From an uncultured Chloroflexia bacterium (GTDB lineage: Bacteria > Chloroflexota > Limnocylindria > Limnocylindrales > CSP1-4): 64,000 bases of DNA. Every line of letters starts with the position of its first letter. Position 1 is the stretch's first letter. Both the position numbers and the translations under genes were made by a program. The stretch is from NCBI GenBank assembly GCA_963698505.1, contig CAVORC010000030.1, forward strand, positions 3,401 to 67,400, given 5' to 3'. The notes under the pieces were generated by a model. It did no database searches. It had not been told where the DNA came from and worked only from the letters and a program-made list of their open reading frames with translations. Shown here piece after piece: positions 50,365 to 60,145 of the stretch.

Positions 50365-51012
50365 ATGCGAGATCGACGGTTGGTGATCGTGGCACTGGTC
50401 ACGCTGGGGTTGGCGGCCGTGGCGGTCGGCGCCGTGGCGAGCACCCCGGACGAACCGAGCGCCGAGATCCCCGGCGATGCGGCGACGGCGACGTTCGCGG
50501 GCGGGTGCTTCTGGTGCACCGAGGCCGCGTTCGACATGACGGATGGGGTCTACGAGGCGATCTCCGGCTACACCGGGGGCTCGGTCGAGAACCCTACGTA
50601 CGAGCAGGTGAGCTCGGGCACCACCGGCCACGCCGAAGCGGTCCAAGTCAGCTACGACCCCGAGCAGATCAGCTACGACGAGCTGCTGACGATCTACTGG
50701 CGCACCATCGATCCGACCGACGCTGGCGGGCAGCTCTACGACCGGGGCTCGCAATACCGCACCGCGGTCTTCTACCACGATGACGAGCAGCGTGGCCTGG
50801 CCGAGGCGTCACGTGATGCCCTGCTGGAGAGTGGCCGCTTCGACGCGCCGATCGTGACCGAGATCCTTGAAGCCGGGACGTTCTACCCGGCCGAGGAATA
50901 CCACCAGGACTTCTACCTCAAGGCGCCCGAGTACTACGAAGCCTACGTCGATGGCTCGCAACGCTATCCGTTCCTGGACGCTATCTGGGGCGACGAGCCC
51001 AACGACGACTAG
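50365..51012 (+). CDS. msrA: Peptide-methionine (S)-S-oxide reductase with N-terminal signal/TM
   Basis: FAGGCFWC, GYTGG, GHAEAV, DRGSQYR, FYPAEEYHQ. Confidence 0.95.
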   Translation: MRDRRLVIVALVTLGLAAVAVGAVASTPDEPSAEIPGDAATATFAGGCFWCTEAAFDMTDGVYEAISGYTGGSVENPTYEQVSSGTTGHAEAVQVSYDPEQISYDELLTIYWRTIDPTDAGGQLYDRGSQYRTAVFYHDDEQRGLAEASRDALLESGRFDAPIVTEILEAGTFYPAEEYHQDFYLKAPEYYEAYVDGSQRYPFLDAIWGDEPNDD

Positions 51013-51071
51013 GCTGAGGCTCTCTGGCAGCGCCAGTCAGCTCCGAATGGCCGACGCCCGCATGAGCGGCG

Positions 51072-51830
51072 TCAGGCCGGCTGGGACTCCCCGCCGTCAT
51101 CGACGCTGGTCGGCTGCGGCCGGATGACGAGCCAGACCGCGCCGGCGAGCAGCGCCCCGATCGCCGGGAACAGGAAGAACGCCCAGACCTGGCCGAGGGC
51201 CCAGTCACCCTGGAAGACGGCCGTTGCCAGCGAGCGGGCGGGGTTGACCGACGCGTTCGAGACCGGGATCGAGATCATGTGCACGAGCGTGAGGCCGATG
51301 CCAGCCGCGAGGGGGCCGAACCCCTTGGGCACTCCGTGCTCGTTCGTCGTGCCCAGCACGATCAGCACGAACACGGCGGTGACGATGACCTCGAGGAGCG
51401 CCACGGAGAACAGGTCGAAGCCCGCCGGCGAGTGCGCGCCATAGCCGTTCGAGGCGAAGCCGGCGGCCTGTGCCTGGCTCATGTAGCCGTCGGTGCCCAT
51501 CAGGATGAGCGCGATGAGCCCGGCGCCGATGATGCCGCCGGCGAACTGACCGATGAAGTACGGCGCCGACTTCGCGAGCGGGAGCTTGCCGGTCGCGAGC
51601 ATGCCGATGGTGACGGCCGGGTTGATGTGGCAGCCAGAGATGTGGCCGATCAGGTAGGCCATGCACAGGAGGCTGAGCCCGAAGGCCAGCGATACGCCGA
51701 GGATCCCGACGCTGAGGCCATCGTTGAAGCCACCGGTGGCGAAGATCGCCGTGCCCGCGCCACCGATCACCAGGATTGCCGTGCCGATCGCTTCGGCGAG
51801 CCCGATGCGGATATCGCTGTTCATCACCAT
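51072..51830 (-). CDS. aqpZ: Aquaporin Z
   Basis: HISGCHINPAVT and SVNPARS (two NPA motifs); NGYGAHSP. Confidence 0.93.
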   Translation of the reverse strand: MVMNSDIRIGLAEAIGTAILVIGGAGTAIFATGGFNDGLSVGILGVSLAFGLSLLCMAYLIGHISGCHINPAVTIGMLATGKLPLAKSAPYFIGQFAGGIIGAGLIALILMGTDGYMSQAQAAGFASNGYGAHSPAGFDLFSVALLEVIVTAVFVLIVLGTTNEHGVPKGFGPLAAGIGLTLVHMISIPVSNASVNPARSLATAVFQGDWALGQVWAFFLFPAIGALLAGAVWLVIRPQPTSVDDGGESQPA

Positions 51831-52113
51831 TCCTCAACGTGTGGGGGAGGTCCTGAAACCTCGCGCTCAGTCGCTAGCGCTGCCGCCGGGCTCCGCCCGA
51901 TCCGGCTCATGCGGTGGTTACCGCGCATGGTGCCTCGAATGCAGCACGACGGAGCATACAGCGCTCGAGCCGCAGTCGAGGGGTCCCGGCACCTGATCTC
52001 GGCGCCGCACATCACTCTCGCTCTGCTCGGACACGCGGTCGGTCGGAGGGCTCCATGCTGGCCTCCCGTGCATACTGGCAGACCCAGCTGCCCAGGAGAC
52101 CAAGGAGAACGAG

Positions 52114-54477
52114 ATGCCGGTGGTCGAGTATCCGCACGGTTCCAGGTTCCCCGGCCGCATCGGCCTGACGACGGCCGACTCCTCGCCCGCCTGGCCGCAG
52201 CCCATCCGGGCCAGGGAGGGCGCACCCAACGTCCTGTTCTTCGTTCTCGACGACGTCGGCTACGGCCAACTCTCGATGTTCGGTGGCCTCGTCGAGACGC
52301 CCAACATCGACCGCATCGCGGCCACGGGCGTGCGCTTCTCGAACATGCACACCACGGCGCTCTGCTCGCCGACTCGATCGTGCATCCTGACCGGCCGCAA
52401 CCACCACTCCAACGGCGTGGCCTCGATCATGGAGACGGCCACCGGCTATCCCGGGTATGACGCGCGCATGCCGTTCGAGAACGGCATGCTCAGCGAGATC
52501 CTGCGGGCCGAGGGCTACAACACGTTCTGCGTGGGCAAGTGGCACCTGAGCCCGGCCGAGGACAACACGCCTGCCGGACCGTTCCACCGCTGGCCGGTCG
52601 GACGCGGCTTCGAGCGCTTCTACGGCTTCCTCGGGGGCGAGACCAACCAGTGGTACCCCGACCTCACCGAGGACAACCGGGCGGTCGAGCCACCCAGGAC
52701 GCCAGAGCAGGGCTACCACCTGAGTGAGGACCTGGCCGACCAGGCGATCCGGATGATCCTCGACGCCCATGTGAACGCGCCCGAGAAGCCGTTCTTCATG
52801 TACTACGCCACCGGCTGCGGCCACGCCCCACACCACGTGGCGAAGGAGTGGGCCGACAAGTACGCCGGCACGTTCGACGACGGCTGGGACGCCTACCGCG
52901 AGAAGGTCTTCGCGCGCCAGCAGGAGCTGGGTATCGTGCCCGGGCACGCCGTCCTGCCATTCCGCGACCCGGATGTCCCCGAGTGGGACTCGCTCTCGTC
53001 CGACGAGCGGCGGCTCTATGCCCGCTTCATGGAGGTCTACGCCGGCTTCGTCAGCTTCACCGACCACCACTTCGGGCGCATCCTCGACACGCTCGAGCAG
53101 ATCGGCGAGCTCGACAACACGATCGTCATGGTCATCAGTGACAACGGCGCCTCTGCTGAGGGCGGGCCGCAGGGCTCGACCAACGAGATGCTCTTCTTCA
53201 ACAACGCGCCCGAGTCGCTGACGGACAACCTCGCCAAGATCGACACGCTCGGGGATACCCGCTCCTACAACCATTACCCGTGGGGTTGGGCCTGGGCCGG
53301 CGACACGCCCTTCCGACGCTGGAAGCGCGAAACCTATCGGGGTGGCTCGACGGACCCGTTCGTCATCTCCTGGCCGGCCGGCATCAAGGCTCGCGGCGAG
53401 GTCCGCGAGCAGTACGCCCACGCCATCGACATGGTGCCGACGGTCCTCGATGCCCTCGGCATCGAGGCGCCATCCGCCATCCGCGGCGTAGCCCAGTCGC
53501 CGATCGAAGGCGTCTCCTTCGCCGCCGCCCTCGACGACGCGTCTGCGCCCTCGGCGCACACCACGCAGTACTTCGAGATGCTCGGCCACCGCGCCATCGA
53601 TCACGCTGGCTGGCGGGCTGTCTGCCCCTGGCCAGGTGCGGACTTCACGAGCGCGGCGGCCAAGGGTCGCGCGTTCGGCTCACCCATCGGAGCCGACGAG
53701 CTCGACGAGCTGGAGACCGAGGGCTGGGAGCTCTACCGCATCACCGATGACCCGACGGAATCCACGAACGTGGCCGCACAGCATCCGCAGCAGCTCCGTG
53801 AGCTGATCGCGCTGTGGTGGGTGGAGGCGGGCAAACACCAGGTCCTGCCCATCGACGGCGACGTCAAGAGCCGCCTTGTCGTGGAGCGGCCCATGACCTC
53901 CCGCCCCCGGACCCGCTTCACGTACTACCCGGGCCTCTCGGCCATCCCGCAGCCGGCCACCCCCAGGATCGTCAACCGCCCCCACAGCATCGAGGCCGAT
54001 GTGACCATCCCTGCTCGAGGCGCCGAGGGCATCCTCCTGGCACAGGGCGGCGCTGCCGGTGGCTTCGCCTTCTACGTCAAGGACGGCCGACTCCACTACG
54101 GGCTCAACTACGTCGCGCGCGACTTCTTCACCGTCAGCACGGAGCAGCCGGTACCCGAGGGCCGGCACAGGCTGCGCTTCGAGTTCGAGCCCACCGGCAA
54201 GCCCGACTTCGCCGTGGGCAAGGGCGCGCCCGGGCGGTTCCAGCTCTACGTGGACGGCGACCTTGTCGCGAATACCGAGGTACCCCACACGACGCCGGCG
54301 ATCTTCGAGCTGGAGGGGCTGTCGTGCGGTTACGACTCGGGCGCGCCCGTGCTGCCCGACGTCTACGCGGCGCCCTTCGAGTTCACGGGCACGATCCACG
54401 AAGTCGTGCTCGACGTGACCGGCGACCTCATCGATGACGACGAGGCGACACTCCGCCAGCTGATGGCTCGGCAGTAG
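52114..54477 (+). CDS. Arylsulfatase (Cys-type)
   Basis: LDDVGY, CSPTR, LTGR, GKWH, SDNG. Confidence 0.93.
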   Translation: MPVVEYPHGSRFPGRIGLTTADSSPAWPQPIRAREGAPNVLFFVLDDVGYGQLSMFGGLVETPNIDRIAATGVRFSNMHTTALCSPTRSCILTGRNHHSNGVASIMETATGYPGYDARMPFENGMLSEILRAEGYNTFCVGKWHLSPAEDNTPAGPFHRWPVGRGFERFYGFLGGETNQWYPDLTEDNRAVEPPRTPEQGYHLSEDLADQAIRMILDAHVNAPEKPFFMYYATGCGHAPHHVAKEWADKYAGTFDDGWDAYREKVFARQQELGIVPGHAVLPFRDPDVPEWDSLSSDERRLYARFMEVYAGFVSFTDHHFGRILDTLEQIGELDNTIVMVISDNGASAEGGPQGSTNEMLFFNNAPESLTDNLAKIDTLGDTRSYNHYPWGWAWAGDTPFRRWKRETYRGGSTDPFVISWPAGIKARGEVREQYAHAIDMVPTVLDALGIEAPSAIRGVAQSPIEGVSFAAALDDASAPSAHTTQYFEMLGHRAIDHAGWRAVCPWPGADFTSAAAKGRAFGSPIGADELDELETEGWELYRITDDPTESTNVAAQHPQQLRELIALWWVEAGKHQVLPIDGDVKSRLVVERPMTSRPRTRFTYYPGLSAIPQPATPRIVNRPHSIEADVTIPARGAEGILLAQGGAAGGFAFYVKDGRLHYGLNYVARDFFTVSTEQPVPEGRHRLRFEFEPTGKPDFAVGKGAPGRFQLYVDGDLVANTEVPHTTPAIFELEGLSCGYDSGAPVLPDVYAAPFEFTGTIHEVVLDVTGDLIDDDEATLRQLMARQ

Positions 54478-54504
54478 TCGCCGGTGCGGCGGCATCGGCT
54501 GCCT

Positions 54505-54533
54505 GCAACAGACCGCCCCATCCCGAGCCTCTC
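54505..54533 (+). promoter_or_regulatory. Putative ECF-dependent promoter GCAAC-N18-CTCTCT
   Basis: gcctgcaacaga...gagcctctcta shared with 29602-29635. Confidence 0.6.
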
Positions 54534-54665
54534 TATGGCGTGAAGGTCGCACGTTCGCCGTCGTGATGTCGGCGATGCCGCGGCGCTGAGGCGCATCCCG
54601 ACCGGCCGCACGGGATGCGCGGAGCCCCGGTGGTCCCGACCGAGTCAGCGGCAGGGGGGCAAGAC

Positions 54666-55157
54666 ATGCGTCGCAACACGATCAGCGGGCGCGTCCTGGC
54701 CATCGTCGGAGCCATGACCTTGGTCGGAGCCATCATCCCGGTCAACGCCACGGCGGCGGAACCGGCCACGGAGGTGACCGGGTCGACGTTGTGCTTCGAC
54801 GCGCCGTCGTCGATGTGGACCGACGACGAGCTCATCGTCTACAGCTGCAGCTTCGACGTGTCCGACGAGCGGCTGGCTGGAGAGATCGAGACTGTCGTCA
54901 GCTGTGACTTCAGCGTCGATGGTGAGACCACCCTCGGTGAGTGCGTGGGAACCTCAGCCGTCCACAACGATGGCGGCGCCTGGGGTGGCGTCTTCTCAGG
55001 CACGACCACCTGGAGCGACAGTGAGCCGGCGCATGTCCACGAGATGCAGCAGGTCTATCTCGGAACGGGCGACTACGAAGGCCTCCGGTTCGTGGGCACG
55101 TTGAGAGGGACCGACTTCCCGTGGGAGGTCACCGGGCAGATCGAGTCGACAGACTAG
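54666..55157 (+). CDS. Secreted beta-rich protein (paralog of 29776..30270)
   Basis: Signal peptide; SDERLAG, CDFSVDGE, YLGTGDYEGLRF, GTDFPW. Confidence 0.8.
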   Translation: MRRNTISGRVLAIVGAMTLVGAIIPVNATAAEPATEVTGSTLCFDAPSSMWTDDELIVYSCSFDVSDERLAGEIETVVSCDFSVDGETTLGECVGTSAVHNDGGAWGGVFSGTTTWSDSEPAHVHEMQQVYLGTGDYEGLRFVGTLRGTDFPWEVTGQIESTD

Positions 55158-55245
55158 GACCAGCGGAGCGAGGACGAAGGCCTCTTGTCGAACGCGGCAG
55201 GGCCGACCAGGCTCGGAACAGGTGCGACGATCGTCGCACCGAGCA

Positions 55246-55275
55246 GCAACAGGAGGCCGGGTACGGAGCCTCTCT
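55246..55275 (+). promoter_or_regulatory. Putative autoregulatory ECF promoter, leaderless transcript
   Basis: gcaacag...ggagcctctctctggtATG. Confidence 0.6.
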
Positions 55276-55280
55276 CTGGT

Positions 55281-55820
55281 ATGACCGGACTGGCAGCAGC
55301 CGAGTCGATGACGGCCGTGCTGCAGCGGGCAGCCGCTGGCGATGAGGTCGCGTTCACCCGCATCGTCGGGGCCTACCACGCTGACATGGTGCGCGTCGCC
55401 TACGGCATCTGCGGTGAGCGCGACCTGGCCCTCGAGGCGGTCCAGGCGGCCTGGATGATCGCCTGGCGCAAGCTGCGCACCGTCCGTGACCCCGACCGGC
55501 TCCGCTCGTGGCTGGTGGCGGTCGCGGCCAACGAGGCACGCCACGTCGTTCGCAAGCGAGGTCGGCGGCGGGTCGTCGAGCTGGCCGCCGATCCGCCCGA
55601 CCGCAGCGGGTCTGACCCGGCTGACGAGATCCGGCGGGTCGACCTGGTGAACGCGCTGCAGCGCCTCAAGCCAGAGGAGCGCTCACTCATCGCGCTGCGC
55701 TACGGCGCCGATCTCGACTCGACCGAGATCGGCCCCTTGCTGGGGCTGTCCGCCTCCGGCGTCCGCGCACGCCTGGCTCGGCTGCTGGGTCGGCTGCGAA
55801 AGGAGCTCGACGGTGCCTGA
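55281..55820 (+). CDS. ECF RNA polymerase sigma factor (close paralog of 30403..30942)
   Basis: Same length; long identical stretches such as PDRLRSWLVAVAANEARH and DEIRRVDLVNALQRLKPEERSLIALRYGADL. Confidence 0.92.
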   Translation: MTGLAAAESMTAVLQRAAAGDEVAFTRIVGAYHADMVRVAYGICGERDLALEAVQAAWMIAWRKLRTVRDPDRLRSWLVAVAANEARHVVRKRGRRRVVELAADPPDRSGSDPADEIRRVDLVNALQRLKPEERSLIALRYGADLDSTEIGPLLGLSASGVRARLARLLGRLRKELDGA

Positions 55821-56481
55821 GCACGACGCCTTCGAGACACGCTTCCGTCGCGCCTACCGCCGCTACGTGGATGAGGCCCCGACGGACGACGACGCGGCCG
55901 CGGTGGCGCGAGCGGCTGCCACCCAGCGCCGCTTCGGGGGCTTCCGCTGGCCCACCATCGGAGCGCCAGCACGCGTGCTCATGTGGGTCGGGCTCCTGGC
56001 ACTGCTGCTCGCAGCCCTCGCCGCCGGCACCCTGCACACCGGCTCCGAGGGGCCGGCGAACGTGGCTACGGACGTCTCTGGAACGTCGGCGTGCGCCACG
56101 ACCGAGGTCGGAGCGTGGAGTGGTCCGATGATCCTCGAGGCATCGGGCACGCGCCTGTCGAACATGGTCATGAGTTGCACCACCGAGATGTCCGACGCAC
56201 GCCTCTCCGGCGACACCGTGACCAAGGTCGACTGTGTCTACTCGGACGAGGACGGGCTCCTCGTGGGCGAGTGCTGGGGCACGACCACGGTGCGCAACGA
56301 GGACGGGGTCTGGGCCGGCGTCTTCAGCGGCACGACGCGGGCCGGAACCGGGGATGTGATGGAGACGGTCTGGCTCGGCAGCGGCGACTACCAGGGTCTT
56401 CGCTTCGTCGGTAGCCTCGCGACCGCCGAGGATCCCTACGTGTTCAGCGGACGCATCGAGGCGGTCGGATCGAGCGACTGA
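55813..56481 (+). CDS. Putative anti-sigma factor whose external domain is homologous to the upstream secreted protein
   Basis: FETRFRRAYRRYVDEAP, TM, then SDARLSGD...VGECWGT...WLGSGDYQGLRF. Confidence 0.75.
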   Translation: MPEHDAFETRFRRAYRRYVDEAPTDDDAAAVARAAATQRRFGGFRWPTIGAPARVLMWVGLLALLLAALAAGTLHTGSEGPANVATDVSGTSACATTEVGAWSGPMILEASGTRLSNMVMSCTTEMSDARLSGDTVTKVDCVYSDEDGLLVGECWGTTTVRNEDGVWAGVFSGTTRAGTGDVMETVWLGSGDYQGLRFVGSLATAEDPYVFSGRIEAVGSSD

Positions 56482-56674
56482 GCCTTCGAAGAGATAGGCA
56501 AGAGAGCCGCGTCGACGCAGTCGCCGCCCTGGGCAGCTTCGACGCTTCGGGGACGGCTCTGGCGCTCATCGTGCCGGCGTCCGCGTGCCGTTCGGTCTTC
56601 ATGGCCCTTGCGACCGCGAAGGCGCAGCGAGACGATTCCCGGTGGTGGGTCATGGCCCACGAAGGAGGACGACG

Positions 56675-57193
56675 ATGGAAGCGGCCGTTTCCAGAGGTCC
56701 CATGAAGAAGCTCATGGCCTGGCTGGAGGCCCAGGGCGTCGATCACGAGTTGCACGAGCACGATCGATCGCTCACGGCCCTGGCCACGGCGCGTGCGGAA
56801 GGGGTGGATCCGAGCACGTTCGAGAAGGTGGTGTGGGTTCGCTCAGCCGAAGGCGGCGATGCGCTCATCGTGCTTGACGCGAACGACCACCTCGACCTCA
56901 GCAAGGCCAGGGACGTGCTCAGGGCCGGCAAGGTCACGCTCGTGCCGGAGGAGGAGATCGCACAGCTTGCACCTGATTGCGATCCCGGCGCCATGCCGGC
57001 GGTCGGTAGCCTCTTCGGGCTGCCGACCTATGCAGACCTGCACGTGTGCGACGCAGCGAAGGTCAGCTTCAATGCTGGCAGCCAGACGGTCGCGGTGCGT
57101 GTCGACCGCGCGGCCTGGGAGAAAGCACTGGGCGTGGTCTACGCCGATCTTGCTGCACGCACGTGGCGCGAGCCAGCCTGGTACCGGTCCTGA
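56675..57193 (+). CDS. YbaK/aminoacyl-tRNA deacylase family protein
   Basis: AAGGAGG RBS; EKVV, PDCDPGAMPAVG, FNAGS. Confidence 0.85.
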   Translation: MEAAVSRGPMKKLMAWLEAQGVDHELHEHDRSLTALATARAEGVDPSTFEKVVWVRSAEGGDALIVLDANDHLDLSKARDVLRAGKVTLVPEEEIAQLAPDCDPGAMPAVGSLFGLPTYADLHVCDAAKVSFNAGSQTVAVRVDRAAWEKALGVVYADLAARTWREPAWYRS

Positions 57194-57319
57194 CAGGAGG
57201 CCTGGGTCTCGGCGGGCATGGCCGAATGCGACCATGACGCTGACCGACCCAGAGTGGTCGATGCGCATGGTGGCCCCTTGGTCGGTCAGGGGGCGGCGTA
57301 GGCCGTGATCGGGCGGATG

Positions 57320-57601
57320 TCAGTCCTTCCTGGCCCAGGACTCCTCGGCCTCGAGCTCCATCTTCCTGAGGCGCGTGTAGTAGTCGGGAAACTCCTTGAG
57401 ATGTGCGAGCGCGATCTTGCCCGTGACGATCGGATCGCTTCCGCTCACGTTGGTCTGCGAGTCATGCGTTCCATGCTCCAGCTCGACATCGAGGCCCTCC
57501 CGGAACTGCTCCACGTCGAAGGGGCTGACGTCCCAGTCGATACCGATCTCAGTCCCGATCCGCCGGGCCTCTTCGGCGGTGAAGTGTTCGTTCGCCGTCA
57601 T
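57320..57601 (-). CDS. DUF5661-family protein
   Basis: GLDVELEHG...TGKIALAHLKEFPDYYTRL. Confidence 0.85.
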   Translation of the reverse strand: MTANEHFTAEEARRIGTEIGIDWDVSPFDVEQFREGLDVELEHGTHDSQTNVSGSDPIVTGKIALAHLKEFPDYYTRLRKMELEAEESWARKD

Positions 57602-57722
57602 CGTTCCTCCTCGAGAGCCAGCACGGATCGCGGCTCACTGGCTCAGCGTACTACCTGGGCGGCCGTGCCCGGTCCCAGGCGACCCGGGCCCGCACGGACG
57701 GACCAGCCAGATCTCCGCCGCG

Positions 57723-58052
57723 TCAGTCACCGCTCTCTGCGCCGGCGTCGTCATACCGGCGTCGGGCCGCGGCAGCCCTCAGCCGGCCCATCTCGGCAAG
57801 GAACGCGGCCAGGATACCCAGTCCGGAGATGATGTAGAGAACCGTGAAGAGCTTGGCGGCATCGGTGGTCGGATGGAGATCGCCGAAGCCGACGGTCGCC
57901 AGCGCGACCACGGAGAAGTAGAGCGCATCGATCAGCGTCCACCCTTCGAGGTACATGTAGACGACGGTCCCGACCGCGACCGTAGCGACCGCGCTGATGA
58001 CGAGGACCCTGCTCTCAGGGTTACCGAGCATGGCCCGGGTGGCAGCGAACAT
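57723..58052 (-). CDS. Two-TM potassium channel family protein
   Basis: DALYFSVVALATVGFGD selectivity-filter motif. Confidence 0.9.
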   Translation of the reverse strand: MFAATRAMLGNPESRVLVISAVATVAVGTVVYMYLEGWTLIDALYFSVVALATVGFGDLHPTTDAAKLFTVLYIISGLGILAAFLAEMGRLRAAAARRRYDDAGAESGD

Positions 58053-58119
58053 CGAGCGTGCTTCCTCCTGCTGGGGCCCTGCGCGCCAGTGCGGCCGCAG
58101 CCGGCCTCTCGCGGTCAGG

Positions 58120-59016
58120 CTAGCTGCTCGATCCACCATTCGCGATCTCATCGGGTAGCAGCGGGCGGATGGCCAGGCTCACCAACGTGCCGTCGGGCGT
58201 CTCGAGCAGGATGTAGCCCTGCCCTCCGTTGGGCACGCTCGTCACCTGCGCCACCTGCTCCGGGGTCAGCGTGGCGATGACGTCCAGGCCGTCGCCGAAC
58301 AGATCGCCCGGCTGCTCATCCCAGGGCCATGGAGCCGGTTCGCCCGGTTCCTCGATCCACGGCTCGGTCAGCATCGCCCGATAGAGCGGCACGTCGTATG
58401 GCGTGGACGCCTCCACCTGCGAGCCGAAATCCGACAGGGCCGCGGCCAGGGCCCCGAAGCGGGCTCGTGCCTCGGGATCGGGAGCCTGCTCATCGAAGCC
58501 CAGGGCCTCGACGACCACGACCTTGTCCACCCCGTCGGCGTCGACGGTGAAGGCGGTGTTGGGCGTGTCGACGATGAATGGGTTGGCATATCGCTCGTCG
58601 GCATCGCGCAACCCACCCTCGTCGAGGGCGAACGTCAGCAGGTGGTCGACCTGCTGTGGGCTGAGCACCGAGCAGGCATACGGCGGCACCGGATCGGTCA
58701 GATCGCCCGCATCGGTAGCCGGGCGGAAGATCGCAACGTTGTTGCCGTAGAGCGTGAAGGTCGGGCTCTCGAGGAACGCGATCTCGATGGGCACGAAGCC
58801 GCCGCCGACCTGCATCCGGAGCACGATGTCGAGCGCGCCGGTGGGGTGGTCGATCGAGCCAAGCGCTCCGGGCTCGGACGTCCAGCACGAGGCCAGCTCG
58901 TCGGCCGCTGCGACCGCTGCCGAGCCGAGCCCGAGGAGGGTGGTGAGTGCCAGCAGGCCGACGGTGACGCGGCTGGTCGTGGACAGGGAGTGATAGGGGG
59001 AGTGTGTGTTGTTCAT
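58120..59016 (-). CDS. Secreted hypothetical protein
   Basis: Signal peptide; GGGFVP...PTFTLYG...IRPLLPDE pattern. Confidence 0.7.
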   Translation of the reverse strand: MNNTHSPYHSLSTTSRVTVGLLALTTLLGLGSAAVAAADELASCWTSEPGALGSIDHPTGALDIVLRMQVGGGFVPIEIAFLESPTFTLYGNNVAIFRPATDAGDLTDPVPPYACSVLSPQQVDHLLTFALDEGGLRDADERYANPFIVDTPNTAFTVDADGVDKVVVVEALGFDEQAPDPEARARFGALAAALSDFGSQVEASTPYDVPLYRAMLTEPWIEEPGEPAPWPWDEQPGDLFGDGLDVIATLTPEQVAQVTSVPNGGQGYILLETPDGTLVSLAIRPLLPDEIANGGSSS

Positions 59017-59023
59017 ACGCTAG

Positions 59024-59051
59024 ATGACGACCGCTCGACCCTGTCGGTTCC
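59024..59051 (-). promoter_or_regulatory. ECF-type promoter GGAACC-N16-CGTCAT, leaderless
   Basis: Minus strand GGAACC gacagggtcgagcggt CGTCAT ctagcgt ATG. Confidence 0.6.
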
Positions 59052-59122
59052 CTCCATCTGGCACTGGGGCGGGTGCGCCATCGGGCTACGGTCAGGCGGA
59101 CGATGAGCCAAGAGGAGGACCG

Positions 59123-60142
59123 ATGACCCTGAGCCGACGCGAGCGCGTGCAGCGAGCCTTGACGTACCAGCCGCTGGACCGGCTGCCGACGCAGGCCAAC
59201 TACACCGCTTCCATGGGCCGGGCCATGGCCGACCACTTCGGCGTGGATGTCTCGGAGCTGCCCCAACACCTCGACAACCACCTCGTTCGCCTGGACCTGA
59301 CCTACCCCGAGCGCCTCAGCGAGGACGGTGCGGCCCGTTTCGACTGGTGGGGGGCAGGGCACGACACGCAGGAAGAGGGCTACTACATCCGCGTCGCTCC
59401 GCTCGCCGAGGACCGGGACCTGGACGCCTTCGAATGGCCTGACCCTCACCATGCAGGCCTCCTCGACGACGCCAGCCGTGTTCGGGCCAGTGTGGGTGAC
59501 AGCGCCTTCGTCGTACCGAACATCGGCTGGGCCCTGTTCGAGCGTGCCTGGTCGCTGCGTGGCTTCGAGAACACGCTGCTGGAGCTGGCCATGGACCCCG
59601 GCTACATCGGCCGGCTGCTGGACCGCATCGTGGACATCCGCCTGGTGGTCATCGAGCGCTACCTGCAGCTGGGGGTCGATGGCGGCTACTTCGGTGACGA
59701 CTACGGCGCGCAAACCGGCACACTCTTCTCCCCTGCCACGTGGCGTGAGCTCATCAAGCCGCGCCTGGCCCGCCTCTTCGCGCCGTTCGTGGAGCGTGGG
59801 CTGCCGGTGCTGATGCACTCCGACGGCGACATCGCACCCATCGTGCCTGACCTCGTGGAGATCGGCCTCACGGCGTTGAACCCGGTCCAGCCAGAGGTCA
59901 TGGACCACGACTGGCTGCAGCGCGAGTTCGACGGCCGGCTGGCCTTCTATGGCGGCGTCTCGACGCAGACGGTGCTGCCGTCAGGGACGCCCGACGACGT
60001 CCGCGCGGCGGCCCGGGCGTGTGTGGCCACCCTGGCGCCAAGCGGCACGGGGCTGATGCTGGCACCGTCGCACCGGCTGATGACCGACGTGCCGCTGGCC
60101 AACGTCGATGCCCTCCTCGACGTCATGGCGGAGCTGGGCTGA
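59123..60142 (+). CDS. URO-D/MtaA-like family protein
   Basis: GAGGAGG RBS; SRRERV, LFERAWSLRG, GDDYGAQ, MHSDG, NPVQPE, LAPSH. Confidence 0.85.
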   Translation: MTLSRRERVQRALTYQPLDRLPTQANYTASMGRAMADHFGVDVSELPQHLDNHLVRLDLTYPERLSEDGAARFDWWGAGHDTQEEGYYIRVAPLAEDRDLDAFEWPDPHHAGLLDDASRVRASVGDSAFVVPNIGWALFERAWSLRGFENTLLELAMDPGYIGRLLDRIVDIRLVVIERYLQLGVDGGYFGDDYGAQTGTLFSPATWRELIKPRLARLFAPFVERGLPVLMHSDGDIAPIVPDLVEIGLTALNPVQPEVMDHDWLQREFDGRLAFYGGVSTQTVLPSGTPDDVRAAARACVATLAPSGTGLMLAPSHRLMTDVPLANVDALLDVMAELG

Positions 60143-60145
60143 GCG

